From IMG/VR virus record IMGVR_UViG_3300046799_000011, positions 47,670 through 111,669 of that record: 64,000 bases of DNA; one strand, 5' to 3'. The DNA is from a virus. The translations under genes and the position numbers were made by a program. Positions 20,933 through 31,135 of this stretch are shown here, piece by piece (the stretch's first letter is position 1; every line of letters begins with the position of its first letter). The notes under the pieces were generated by a model. It was given only the letters and a program-made list of their open reading frames with translations. It had not been told where the DNA came from and made no database searches.

Positions 20933-21538
20933 TTAGATGTAATAGCTAAGGCCATTAAGAGACGCCCAAGGGGGTTGGTCTGTTGTTGTATTAGTTCCTA
21001 CCAGTGCCGCTGTTCCGTCAGTACGAAAATCTGCTTTAAGCGAATTAACTGTACTGGAAGCGGAAGAACATGCAGCAGCTAAAGATCTCAGCGTACTTGG
21101 TCTGGCTGCCACAGGGATGGTAGAACACCAGTCTCCCGCGTTAGCAATAGTACTGCTGGGGTAGGTAATATTAAGACCGCCCTTTAAGTTAACTTTAACA
21201 GAATTAAATTCACTTACGATTTGAAATTGTGGAGTTCCATTACTATTACCGTTCCCGGTGAAGCCACTGAGGATAGTAAAGTTGGTCCAGTCCTGTATCA
21301 ATAAGAAAGAGGAAGTGTTAGCAAAGTACATGGGCTTGGTAAGATCCCCGCCGTTGAACGCTACCCATACAGTTGTTCCCACTAAGGGGATTGGCAAACC
21401 AAAGTTAACTGGTTCTGCTGATCTAATTTCCGCTGTCCCAGCAACTTGTGGGCACTGTACTTTAATCTTACCCAAACCCGTGGGATCTGCTGTGGAAGTT
21501 ACAAGGGCTCTATACAGGGCCTCATACTTAGGTTGCAT
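20933..21538 (-). CDS. baseplate spike (gp5/gpV OB-fold)
   Basis: YRALVTSTADPTGLGKIKVQCP...VWVAFNGGD. Confidence 0.88.
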   Translation of the reverse strand: MQPKYEALYRALVTSTADPTGLGKIKVQCPQVAGTAEIRSAEPVNFGLPIPLVGTTVWVAFNGGDLTKPMYFANTSSFLLIQDWTNFTILSGFTGNGNSNGTPQFQIVSEFNSVKVNLKGGLNITYPSSTIANAGDWCSTIPVAARPSTLRSLAAACSSASSTVNSLKADFRTDGTAALVGTNTTTDQPPWASLNGLSYYI

Positions 21539-22769
21539 ATACTGTCGCTCCTATATTAGCGGATCTCCACTTACCTCCCACGAGTTTAGCACCTACTCGC
21601 TTAGTTATATCCTGTGTCTCTGCCAAGGCTGTGGTATTAGCTGTATAGATTTGGTCCCTTACCAATTCGGTTTCCGTGGTATATGTTGCGTCAGTCTTAC
21701 TGCCTGTCGGTGCTGCCTTAGTTAGATGGTGAGTAGCACATTGTATTAACCATAAGCCAGCGTCATCAGAAGGTAAGGCAGACCCAATAAGACTTACCAA
21801 AGTATTGGGACGTATACGAGCATCCCCACGTAGTTCTGTATCAGCAGTATTCCAATAGATATTACGCAGAGAATCCGCACTTACTTTCTGGGAAGCCTCA
21901 TAGTAAGACTCTGCCGGAGCTGCTGTGTAGTACTTTGTAATATAAGAAGCTACTGGTGTTGTATTAGTAGGTGACACATTTACACTGGAAAGTGCGGTAG
22001 CTTGGGTAAGGGTATTCGTAGTTGGATTAAGGCCAACTACATTTCTATTAGCAACAATACCGCCATCAGGTGTAATAGTTCCTACTACTGGAGTAAACTT
22101 TCTTACCGTGTCCCATAGTCCTGGCTGATTGTATGACCAGAACTGTGGGACATTTCTAGTATTTCTACTATCCAGAATCTGCTTAGGGTTTATGAAATAT
22201 AGGTCTGTATTATCTACGTAGAATCTAAAACCTATTTCGTCTGCCAGTTGTGCCAGGAACTTGAAGTCACTGGAGTTTTGTAGCCGGTAGTCAATAGCGG
22301 ACTGGTAAGTATGAATGATTCCCCGGAAACCATTCTTAGTAGCTATGGCTCCTGCAATAGCGGAAGGGCTGGTATGCTTCCATGCCACATTGTTAGTTGA
22401 CTGCATTGTCTGTGACGCACCCGTTATGGTGTACTGCACCGTAGTAGTAGATATATTGTTATACCCTGGGTCCTTACCTGTACGAATAAGTTTATAGGAA
22501 GAAACATAACCAACAAAAGGAACTACGTAATGCGGCTTCTGCCCATAGTTAATCTGAATAGGTGTCTGTTCCTTTAGATAACTCCACTTATGTGAAGTAC
22601 CTACACCTGACGTGCCTATGCTCTTGCCTACATAAACCACATCTAAGAATGCCACAGGGTGTGCGTTGGTCTTCTGCACGATAGTTAGCTTGGGAGTGTA
22701 CTGAGGCAGCGGGGTAATACCGTTGGTGAATACCTCAAAATACGGAAGTGACGGAGAGGAATTAAGCAT
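21528..22769 (-). CDS. baseplate hub (P2 gpD/Mu gp44-like)
   Basis: QNSSDFKFLAQLADEIGF; LRGDARIRP...GLWLIQCATH. Confidence 0.85.
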   Translation of the reverse strand: MLNSSPSLPYFEVFTNGITPLPQYTPKLTIVQKTNAHPVAFLDVVYVGKSIGTSGVGTSHKWSYLKEQTPIQINYGQKPHYVVPFVGYVSSYKLIRTGKDPGYNNISTTTVQYTITGASQTMQSTNNVAWKHTSPSAIAGAIATKNGFRGIIHTYQSAIDYRLQNSSDFKFLAQLADEIGFRFYVDNTDLYFINPKQILDSRNTRNVPQFWSYNQPGLWDTVRKFTPVVGTITPDGGIVANRNVVGLNPTTNTLTQATALSSVNVSPTNTTPVASYITKYYTAAPAESYYEASQKVSADSLRNIYWNTADTELRGDARIRPNTLVSLIGSALPSDDAGLWLIQCATHHLTKAAPTGSKTDATYTTETELVRDQIYTANTTALAETQDITKRVGAKLVGGKWRSANIGATVYAT

Positions 22770-23049
22770 TCGGTACTCTAATCTGTGTGCCCGCAGTTAT
22801 ATCATTCCACATAAGGATCTCAGGATTGGCATCTGCAATTCTCCACCACTGAGTTTCATCCCCATAAGCAGAGGAAGCCAGGTAATCAATCTGGTCACCT
22901 GTCTGCCATTCATAAGTACTAATGCTATAGGTTACAGAATTGGTAGGAGGTTCAATGATTATGGTTGATCTAGTTACCCCAGACTTATCCATAATCGGCG
23001 TAACAGTGTTGTCAGCGTAGCGGCTGAATAGGCTTATAGTCATGGTTAC
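22762..23049 (-). CDS. LysM/Tail X-like baseplate protein
   Basis: SRY...GDQIDYLASSAYGDETQWWRIADANP...GTQIRVP; start uncertain. Confidence 0.85.
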   Translation of the reverse strand, partial: VTMTISLFSRYADNTVTPIMDKSGVTRSTIIIEPPTNSVTYSISTYEWQTGDQIDYLASSAYGDETQWWRIADANPEILMWNDITAGTQIRVPNA

Positions 23050-23831
23050 CCTGTGCTCACACTTCCAGCTAGTTCGGACAATACGGTAAAACCAACATCT
23101 ACTGCACAACGAGCAGGTGTCATAGTTGATGTGAAATGCGTATAGGTAATATCGATACTGCTGACATAACCGAAGTAAGACAAGGCACCCTTGGAATGGT
23201 TACCGAAGATCAGCTTAACAGGACTGAATGTCATTGGGCCCTGAACAACGTTAGTAGCTCTTCCTGGAACATCTCCAGTTCCCGTGAAAGGAACTACGCT
23301 ACTTGTGTTCTGCACACTCAATTGGTTGATTCCCAGTAGGTTATAGAAAGCCTCAATGTCTACACGGACACCATATACACCAGATAGAGAATCCTTGTAA
23401 GACTTATCCCACAACTCAAATGTTCTGTCGAATAGCAAAGAGAAGCCTAATGTTGTATTCAGTGTTGTTGCGTAGGTACCAGGGTCATCAGGATTTCTTG
23501 CGTAAGACGGAAGTACCCCGCTGTTAAGGTCAATAGAACGACTCTCCGAAATAGTGGAAGGGTTGTAAAGGAAGTTCACGCGGTACTGTGTACTTCCTTT
23601 GGCCCCCTTGATTGCTCCAGCCCCACCTATAAGTAATCCTCGGTAAAGACTTCCACCACCAGTATTGAACTGGTTGTTAGGGGAAGGGTTGATGGCCTTG
23701 TTTGCTCCACCTACAGTAAGGATATTAGGGTGGAAAGGCGGGTTCTGATAAACAATAGTCCCTGGCTTTCCTCCGATAGCCTGATATTGTGTACCGGAAA
23801 TAGGCTCATTAAATAAGAAGTTCAGAGACAT
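23046..23831 (-). CDS. tail tube initiator/baseplate protein
   Basis: FLYNPSTI, FSLLFDRT, GYVSSIDITYTHF; follows tape measure. Confidence 0.75.
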   Translation of the reverse strand: MSLNFLFNEPISGTQYQAIGGKPGTIVYQNPPFHPNILTVGGANKAINPSPNNQFNTGGGSLYRGLLIGGAGAIKGAKGSTQYRVNFLYNPSTISESRSIDLNSGVLPSYARNPDDPGTYATTLNTTLGFSLLFDRTFELWDKSYKDSLSGVYGVRVDIEAFYNLLGINQLSVQNTSSVVPFTGTGDVPGRATNVVQGPMTFSPVKLIFGNHSKGALSYFGYVSSIDITYTHFTSTMTPARCAVDVGFTVLSELAGSVSTG

Positions 23832-26791
23832 TATTGTCCGATCTGTAGATTCTTGATACGAAGCTGCTCATCCATGGCATCTACGATCATCTTACCTGTT
23901 AGCTTTGCCTCTGTGGCAGTACCTGAATAACCAGTAGGTAATGTGACATAGATATTACCTACCTGAACTGAACTGCTTGAGGATCCCTTAGTCAGATTAG
24001 GGTTGAACGTATTGTTCAATAGTGTCTGACGAATAGTCTCAGCCTGATCGGCAGGGATAATCATCTCACCCTTGTGAACTGTAGCTCCCTGATCCTTGTC
24101 AATATTCCAAGCACCAGCGGCATACCAATTGTTCTTCTGGTGGAATGACCATGCCTTTGACGGAGAACCATAACGACTGTCGATATAACTCATCATCCAA
24201 CGAAGCTGAGTCTCACCGTTGGTCTTCCAGTCGCTTCCCGCACTGTTGTACTTGGATGCTGGAAGAGCCTGAGCTAATCCATAGGCACCAGAGGAAGCAT
24301 TCTTAGCCTTAGGATTCCAGCCAGCCTCTGACATTTCCAGGGCATTGAAGTCATCCCACTGTCCTGCCCAACCGTACTGACCTAGCAGTTTCTTGGCGTA
24401 AGACTTTAGAGAGGAAGTCTTGTTACTACCCGAACCAACTACTGATGTAGGGGATGAAGTAGTTGCCTGAGAAGATGTTGAACTTGTCATACCTACGCTA
24501 CCGCCTGCGCTGGTTCCTCCTAGAGCAGACATGATTGCAGCTAATTCAGAAGTTCCACCATAAGATCCTCCGATATTACCTCCGGAATTTCCGGCTGTGT
24601 CATTCTGAGTATCTGATGAAGTACTGTCCCCATTTGTAAGAGACTTCATATCCCCGACTGATCCAAGGATTCTTCTGGCATTTGTGAACTCTCCTGGAGA
24701 GAACTTACGGATACGAACCTTCAGACCTGTACGTGGAGCTTCAATGATCTGACCGCCACCAATAGCCATAACAACGTGGTGGGCAGGATTACCACTGAAT
24801 AGCAAATCTCCGGGCTGAACCTTATTAGTATCTACTGGCTTACCAATCTTCTGCTGAGCAGCGGCAACACGAGGAAGTTTTACTCCAGCCTTACCGTAAG
24901 CCCATTGCATTAATCCGGAACAGTCAAAACCTTTTGGACCTGTTCCGCCCCAGATATAAGGCTTACCTAGATTCTTCTCGGCATAGCCAATAACTTCTGC
25001 GGCGGTTGCCCCGCTGTTAGTTCCGGTAGCTCCACCGCCCGTGTTGGTAGTTCCAGTTGAACCACCTCCGCTAACACCATCCGTGGAAGTAGAACGTCCA
25101 TGGGAACCAAAAGGATTCAGGGCACCTAACCAGGATTCTTCGTTATTCCCATTCCACTTATCCCAAAGACGCTTTGCCATATTACCTTGCAGAGCAGCAA
25201 TACCTATAGGACCAGCAGCGAACAATCCAGCCTTACCTATAACATTGGCATAGCCTGGCACACCTGTTCCGGCATTGGCAGCCTGTTGTTCCTTACCACC
25301 CATCCACCAACCAGTAGCAGCAGAGGCTCCCATAACAGTTGCACCTAAACCTAAGGGCCCTGCCATACTTAAACGACTACCCGCAGTAGCGCCTAGTGAC
25401 GTAATATTGTAGGCTCCGCTTGCTCCACGGGTAGCATTGATAAGACCCCCAGCAACGCCCCCACCGCCCCCGCCAAAGCCCCCAAATAGGCGGGCAGCAC
25501 CTAGGAGACCCATGCCCGCTCCGAAGCCGCTAGAGAGCCCTCCTAGGGCTCCTGAGATAGGAGACAGAGCACCACTTGCGCCACCAATTAGCTTGTCCAT
25601 ACCAGTAGCTTGTAGAGTAGCGGTAAGGGCTTGACTGAACTTGGTTACGGCTTTAGTAGCAGTATCAAATGCGGGGGCTAGACTTTCCAGAATATCTTCT
25701 TGTCTTGTCAGACGAGTGGCATTAAGGTTTCTCTGGTTTTCAAACATGGAAGTTCCCATGCCTGTTGTCTTAGCCAATTGATTAATAGCTGACTTGTTTC
25801 CGCCTGAGGCTTGTCCTAGCAAGTTGTAATACTTACTCTCGGACATTCCCTTGTTCTGTGCGGCTACCTGTCCCTGAAGAACATTACGGTATTCCTGTAC
25901 AGTACTCTGATTCCAGCCCATAGCTTGACCGAAGTACTGCAAGTTAACGTCAAGAGATCCACCCTGAGACAGCGCGGCACTCATTTGTCTATTAGACAGA
26001 GCTTGCTTACCGAATGTACGGGACATAATAGACTGGGCGATAGCCCCCATCGTATTAGGTTTTCCACCAGCAAGGATAGGGCTAGCCAAACCTAACGCGG
26101 GAGCAACCATAGTTGCACGGGCAGAGAAGGTTTGCTGCGCTGCTAGCGCGCCGCCATAAGCACCCTGGGTTGGATTAGCGTACGCAAAACCTCCGGCTTG
26201 TCTCATACCAGAAGTGAAAGCCGGATTAGCTTGGCCATTGAACTGAGAGTTACCGAATGTATATTGATTCAGATAACCAGATCTAGCAGCGTCTGTCGCA
26301 TTCAATGCTGCGTAGTTATTACTGAATACCTGACGTTGTGCTGTTACAGCTCCGGCTCTTCCACCGCCACCAGCTACGGATGCCTGCGTACCAAAGTAGT
26401 CCATCTGCATATTAGTGGACATATTCTTATTGGCGTAACTAGTAAGGGCAGAAGCCACACCCATTACAGCGCCACCAGTAGCAGACATACGGGACATACC
26501 CATAAGGTTACCGAACTGGCCACCTCCGCCGTTAGCTGCTCCACCCCTCTGGGAACCTACAGTAAATCTACCGCCGCCTCCATTAGAGGAATAGGTATTT
26601 CTATTGGAATTGTTATTCCAATTACTTTCCATTCCGTAGCTACTAGCACTTGAGGAACGTGTAGTTGCACTAGCAAATTGCCCAATGCTATTGGTAAGCT
26701 TTCCTACTTGAGACGTCAAAGAAGCAACCGCCTGCTGTAGACCGTTGGTCCCCAACAAGCGGCTGGCTCCGATGTTATTTTCCTCAGCCAC
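23831..26791 (-). CDS. tape measure protein with NlpC/P60 peptidase and lytic transglycosylase domains
   Basis: Ala/Gly-rich; GKPYIWGGTGPKGFDCSGL...HVVM (NlpC/P60); EAGWNPKAKNASSGAYGLAQ (SLT). Confidence 0.92.
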   Translation of the reverse strand: MAEENNIGASRLLGTNGLQQAVASLTSQVGKLTNSIGQFASATTRSSSASSYGMESNWNNNSNRNTYSSNGGGGRFTVGSQRGGAANGGGGQFGNLMGMSRMSATGGAVMGVASALTSYANKNMSTNMQMDYFGTQASVAGGGGRAGAVTAQRQVFSNNYAALNATDAARSGYLNQYTFGNSQFNGQANPAFTSGMRQAGGFAYANPTQGAYGGALAAQQTFSARATMVAPALGLASPILAGGKPNTMGAIAQSIMSRTFGKQALSNRQMSAALSQGGSLDVNLQYFGQAMGWNQSTVQEYRNVLQGQVAAQNKGMSESKYYNLLGQASGGNKSAINQLAKTTGMGTSMFENQRNLNATRLTRQEDILESLAPAFDTATKAVTKFSQALTATLQATGMDKLIGGASGALSPISGALGGLSSGFGAGMGLLGAARLFGGFGGGGGGVAGGLINATRGASGAYNITSLGATAGSRLSMAGPLGLGATVMGASAATGWWMGGKEQQAANAGTGVPGYANVIGKAGLFAAGPIGIAALQGNMAKRLWDKWNGNNEESWLGALNPFGSHGRSTSTDGVSGGGSTGTTNTGGGATGTNSGATAAEVIGYAEKNLGKPYIWGGTGPKGFDCSGLMQWAYGKAGVKLPRVAAAQQKIGKPVDTNKVQPGDLLFSGNPAHHVVMAIGGGQIIEAPRTGLKVRIRKFSPGEFTNARRILGSVGDMKSLTNGDSTSSDTQNDTAGNSGGNIGGSYGGTSELAAIMSALGGTSAGGSVGMTSSTSSQATTSSPTSVVGSGSNKTSSLKSYAKKLLGQYGWAGQWDDFNALEMSEAGWNPKAKNASSGAYGLAQALPASKYNSAGSDWKTNGETQLRWMMSYIDSRYGSPSKAWSFHQKNNWYAAGAWNIDKDQGATVHKGEMIIPADQAETIRQTLLNNTFNPNLTKGSSSSSVQVGNIYVTLPTGYSGTATEAKLTGKMIVDAMDEQLRIKNLQIGQ

Positions 26792-26829
26792 TTGAGACTC
26801 CTAAAGTAAAGTTGTTACTTTCAATTATA

Positions 26830-27066
26830 TTACCTATAAGGCACTCCACCGAAAGTGACATCTTGACCCACGGATCTCATATTGACCTGAGTTGAATTAT
26901 TAAGTTGGTGCATTCTATCGTATTCTTGCTCCAGCTTATAGAGATATCTTTTGATCCAATGCTTTCGTTCTCTGTAAGTAAGCCTACGTATTTCTACAAG
27001 AGGCCAATGGAATGCATCTGTAAGTTGTTCGTACTCTTTGTATAAACTCCTATAGTCAGAGTTCAC
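26830..27066 (-). CDS. tail assembly chaperone, C-terminal (frameshift) part
   Basis: FHWPLVEIRRLTYRERKHW; overlaps the upstream chaperone in the +1 frame. Confidence 0.75.
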   Translation of the reverse strand: MNSDYRSLYKEYEQLTDAFHWPLVEIRRLTYRERKHWIKRYLYKLEQEYDRMHQLNNSTQVNMRSVGQDVTFGGVPYR

Positions 27067-27940
27067 GAAACAGGATACCCACGTTCAGTGGGACAGGAAC
27101 CTCTCCTTCACAGGAGGAACACTGAGCTGTTACTTGGTCGTATCGTGGACCAGGTTGGTTGTCATAGATGTAGTCTCTAAGGGTATTTCTATCCGCAAGA
27201 CCCAAGGACTTCACATCAGCTAAGCCGTTGGACATCTTCTCTGTTCCGTCAGCTTCTACAAAGGAGATTACACACTCAGCCAAAGTCAGAGAATTCATTT
27301 CCGGAACCGTAAGACTATTCTTAAAGATCTCATTCTGTACTGCACCAGTAGGGAACTGTACCTTGGCCTTACGCCCCTTGCGAAGATCTATAAGAAACTC
27401 CCTAGACTCGGGATCTTCTAATTCCTTTACAGGGATGTTCTTAAGATCTAATTCCAAGTCATTCAGCTCATTGCAGTGAGGGCATTCTATTTCAAATACC
27501 TCAAAGGTATCTCCAAAGGTAGCTCTACGAATACCTAGCATTAGCATATCCAAGTCACCTTGTAGAAGGCTGTCCAGTAGTCCAGCGGTAACCGGCTTAC
27601 TTCCTATTGTTACTGCTCCGCACAGTAGTAAAGTATTGACATACTTGGCGGGATTATTAGAAGTACGCGCCTTGGCTAACTTCTCTTCGTGATCACCAGT
27701 AAGTTCCTGAACTTCCGCGTCTTGTACTACTCGACCATCTATGATAATTCCGGCAGGTAGCTTTACATAAGTGTCAGGCATATCACCGATAACAGGGGCA
27801 GGGCTAAGGGATTGCAGTACTTTCTTTGTAAGAGAATTAAGATCTGCATTCTCGGCGTTAACTACCTGCCCCTGACTGTCATCGAAAGTCATAGAGTACT
27901 GAGGCATCTGCTGTTCCATACATTCTCCAAATATTGTCAC
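27056..27940 (-). CDS. tail assembly chaperone (T4 gp26-like Zn-binding)
   Basis: Between tube and tape measure; CPHC and CSSC; ELTGDHEE. Confidence 0.8.
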   Translation of the reverse strand: MTIFGECMEQQMPQYSMTFDDSQGQVVNAENADLNSLTKKVLQSLSPAPVIGDMPDTYVKLPAGIIIDGRVVQDAEVQELTGDHEEKLAKARTSNNPAKYVNTLLLCGAVTIGSKPVTAGLLDSLLQGDLDMLMLGIRRATFGDTFEVFEIECPHCNELNDLELDLKNIPVKELEDPESREFLIDLRKGRKAKVQFPTGAVQNEIFKNSLTVPEMNSLTLAECVISFVEADGTEKMSNGLADVKSLGLADRNTLRDYIYDNQPGPRYDQVTAQCSSCEGEVPVPLNVGILFREL

Positions 27941-27963
27941 GAAAATTATTACATCATTCTAGC

Positions 27964-28539
27964 TTAAAAACTAACGCCATTCAGTCCCGTAGTTGAGGCC
28001 AGCTTGAAGTCAAAGCCCTCATGAGCTAGAGAAAGCTGCTGCATAAGTACTGCATTGGCTCCCGCGTCTAGGTCAGAGAATGCAATGCTTGTTGGCCATG
28101 CATTATACACACGATAGATGGCCTTGACAGGAACAATAGAAGTAGTTACTGGATGGTCCAAAACCATAATGTCTACTGTCGCACGGAAGTCCTGGCCTGG
28201 TGCACCTGTACCAGTACCTTGTTGTACCTTAAATAGTTCTAGCATCCATTGCCACATAGGACCTGAACCCACAGCAACACCCTGAGATAGGGTAATTGGT
28301 GCGAAGTCACTCTGCCCTGGCATCTTCTGAGTAGTTGTGTTCATTCCGCCCTCACGGTACGGAATCACCTCAGTTGTGATGTTAAGACCTGAAACAGTCA
28401 TAAAGCCCAAGGTCGCAAAGCCCTTGATGTGGGGGTGCATGATATTCACATTGAACTTAAAGTTTCTTAAGGGATCCGTCGCCAAGTGAGCAATAGACGG
28501 AGTTGCCTTTGCGAGAGGCGCGGCATTTGTTGTAGCCAT
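27964..28539 (-). CDS. tail tube protein (T4 gp19-like)
   Basis: DPLRNFKF, YREGG, ITLSQG, YNAWP, SDLDA, LAHEG. Confidence 0.95.
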   Translation of the reverse strand: MATTNAAPLAKATPSIAHLATDPLRNFKFNVNIMHPHIKGFATLGFMTVSGLNITTEVIPYREGGMNTTTQKMPGQSDFAPITLSQGVAVGSGPMWQWMLELFKVQQGTGTGAPGQDFRATVDIMVLDHPVTTSIVPVKAIYRVYNAWPTSIAFSDLDAGANAVLMQQLSLAHEGFDFKLASTTGLNGVSF

Positions 28540-28550
28540 TTAGTTACTCC

Positions 28551-30458
28551 TTAGGATGAAGTGGTTGAAGAAGAGGCCATCTGGTTAATATCAATAACGA
28601 TGAACTCAGCAGGACTATTCAAAGCCAATCCAACCTGAATATGAACTTCACCAGAAGCGATTGAGGTAGGTGTGTTATTTCCAGAGTCACACTCAACGAA
28701 GTAGGCTTGGTCAGCGGTATCTCCTTGAAGAACACCCTGCTGCCAAATTCCCTGCAAGTACTGAGTAACAATAGCGCTCAGTGTTGCCCATAGCGTGGAG
28801 TTGTTATTCTCGAAGATAGCGATCTGAGTAATCTCTTCCAGATTTCTGGTGATACTCATAAGCGTACGCTGAATAGAAACGTAACGGTTAGGAACATTTG
28901 TCAGCAGAGTTCTAGCGCCCATAACACATACACCATAGCTGGAAACATTACGGATAATATTTACACCATTTGTATTAAGGGTATCAAGATTACTGTTCTG
29001 GAATGGAAGCTCTGTGCTTGCTACTCTCTGTACTGGAATTGTTACACCAGCAGGAGACTTCTGAACACCGAAGCGGGCATCAGTCTGAGAGTACAAACCA
29101 AGTACAGCCCCACCAGGCGGAAGCTTTCTTGTAGCTCCGGGTGTTGAGGAGATAGGGTCTGGAATATTTAACCAAGGGGCGTAAAGGGATACGGAAGCGG
29201 AAGGAACGATTTCAGAGTTTCCTACTACCATTGCAAGGTAGTTATTCACTGTTGCGGACTCAGAAGGAGTAACACCATCAGAACCAATGATTGCCTGAGG
29301 CGCATCTACGACTACGAAGATGTTCTCTTGTGTGGTTGTCCAGGCCAGTACTGGATTCAGCGTAGTAGTGTCGGTAACTCCTGGCAGATTAAGATCCAGG
29401 TTTCCTTCAATAGTAGAAAGTCTCTGTGTGGCTGTTAGAAGGCTTGGAGTTGCTACACCATCAGATCCTCCACTGAGAGCTGTTGCGCTCTGTAGACGTG
29501 GAGTTATGTCTGTTGTCCAGGTAGTGTAGGCACCTAGGTCCGTTGCCTGAATGTACTTTGATCCCAGTAGTGTTGAGTTAACCATAGCTACGGCATAGCG
29601 CTGGTCTGTACGATCCATAGTTACATCAAGGAAACGCTCTACGATATTTGAATCCGCAGTTCCGCCGTAACGAACCAATAGATTGAATCGTCCGGCACCG
29701 GTTGAGCTATCGGTAATATCAATGTAAATGCTATTACCCCATACACCCACAGCTACACAAGAAAGCTTAAGGATAGGAACCGCAGTTCCTGTGTTGTTGA
29801 ATGTAGGAATGGCCCCAGCAGGAGTAAAGGAACCGTCGTCAGTGAAGGTAACAGTTGTACGTCCTGACACGGCACCTAGTAGAAGTGGTGTAGCTGTTAC
29901 ACCATCTAGTGTTAGGTTTCTACGATAGATCTTGTACCCAGTAGTAGCAACAGGAACGTTGGCAGTCCAAGTAACCGTTACCTTGTTAGTGGGAGTCAGT
30001 ACCTGATTAGCTACTGCTGTAACGGCAATTCCACCATCAGTCTCACCGGTAGAAGTTGTGGCAGTAACTGTGTACTCATATGTGTAGGAGGGAGTTACTG
30101 TTCCCGCAGGAGTAGCAGCAACACCTACAGGAGGTTGAATGGCACCTACTCCGTCTTCACGGTCATCAAGAGTTTCTGTGGCTGTTACAGCATCAGAAGC
30201 AGCGGCACGAACAATGTATGCCTGGTTACCGTTGTTGGCGAAGTACTGCCATACAGCGAATGGAAGATATGTAGTGGCATTTCCAAATCCACCATACAGG
30301 TTAAGGAAATCGTTCCAACTCGTAACAAGAGTTGGGGCTGTTGGTCCTTGTGTATGTGTACCTACAAAGGCAGCCGTAGACTGTCCTGGGGTTGTAGTCC
30401 CAGTAGACAGCGGAGTTAATGAGGTATTTACGTATACCCCTGGACGTTGATAAGTCAT
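28551..30458 (-). CDS. contractile tail sheath protein
   Basis: YQRPGVYV; FANNG; LNTNGVNIIR; GARTL; FENN; PAEFIVI. Confidence 0.96.
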   Translation of the reverse strand: MTYQRPGVYVNTSLTPLSTGTTTPGQSTAAFVGTHTQGPTAPTLVTSWNDFLNLYGGFGNATTYLPFAVWQYFANNGNQAYIVRAAASDAVTATETLDDREDGVGAIQPPVGVAATPAGTVTPSYTYEYTVTATTSTGETDGGIAVTAVANQVLTPTNKVTVTWTANVPVATTGYKIYRRNLTLDGVTATPLLLGAVSGRTTVTFTDDGSFTPAGAIPTFNNTGTAVPILKLSCVAVGVWGNSIYIDITDSSTGAGRFNLLVRYGGTADSNIVERFLDVTMDRTDQRYAVAMVNSTLLGSKYIQATDLGAYTTWTTDITPRLQSATALSGGSDGVATPSLLTATQRLSTIEGNLDLNLPGVTDTTTLNPVLAWTTTQENIFVVVDAPQAIIGSDGVTPSESATVNNYLAMVVGNSEIVPSASVSLYAPWLNIPDPISSTPGATRKLPPGGAVLGLYSQTDARFGVQKSPAGVTIPVQRVASTELPFQNSNLDTLNTNGVNIIRNVSSYGVCVMGARTLLTNVPNRYVSIQRTLMSITRNLEEITQIAIFENNNSTLWATLSAIVTQYLQGIWQQGVLQGDTADQAYFVECDSGNNTPTSIASGEVHIQVGLALNSPAEFIVIDINQMASSSTTSS

Positions 30459-30505
30459 TAATGTCTCCTAGCTAATTTAAGTAGCGGCTACTATCAGTGT
30501 ATCGA

Positions 30506-31126
30506 TTAGAGCTGTTGCGGCAGAATAGTGATAGTATCCACAACTTCTGTAACCTTAGAGTAGGTATTGATTTCAATGGGAAGAAGTTCTGTAGAAACTC
30601 GCACCGTGTATATAGTATGGAATACTCTCTTGCCATCTGCGTCGTGAGTATTCTGTCTCTCCGGACCTGTCATTACATCTAGTCTTCTCACTGTGCCATC
30701 TTCTTCTATAGCAAGGTAGCCGTGGCGAGTACTGAAATAATCCGGTCCGGACAATACAGCGGAGAGGAATGTAGAATGCTGATTATTTCTGGATAACACT
30801 TCTATTTGATAATCAATATTATACGGTATTGGAGTGAAACCCCAGTAAGGTGAATCAGTTACGTCATTATTACTGTCACTAATCCAGTCCGGAAAATTCT
30901 CAGGAGTATAAGGTAACTGAGCCCAACCTGAATGCGCTCTTTCCGCATCGAATGAAATACCAGTATTAGTAATAACGATTGACGGATAAGTAAGATTAAC
31001 TAACTCAATATCGGAATCAAGCCAGATAACTTGTACTGGTCTCCCTGTATCAGGCGCGTTAACATCCGTTACTACAAGGTTAGAGAACTTAGCCTTCATA
31101 GCCTTGTCCTCATTAAATATGAACAT
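30506..31126 (-). CDS. tail terminator/neck protein
   Basis: Position before sheath; PYNIDYQI motif. Confidence 0.7.
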   Translation of the reverse strand: MFIFNEDKAMKAKFSNLVVTDVNAPDTGRPVQVIWLDSDIELVNLTYPSIVITNTGISFDAERAHSGWAQLPYTPENFPDWISDSNNDVTDSPYWGFTPIPYNIDYQIEVLSRNNQHSTFLSAVLSGPDYFSTRHGYLAIEEDGTVRRLDVMTGPERQNTHDADGKRVFHTIYTVRVSTELLPIEINTYSKVTEVVDTITILPQQL

Positions 31127-31135
31127 CGTTCCTCC

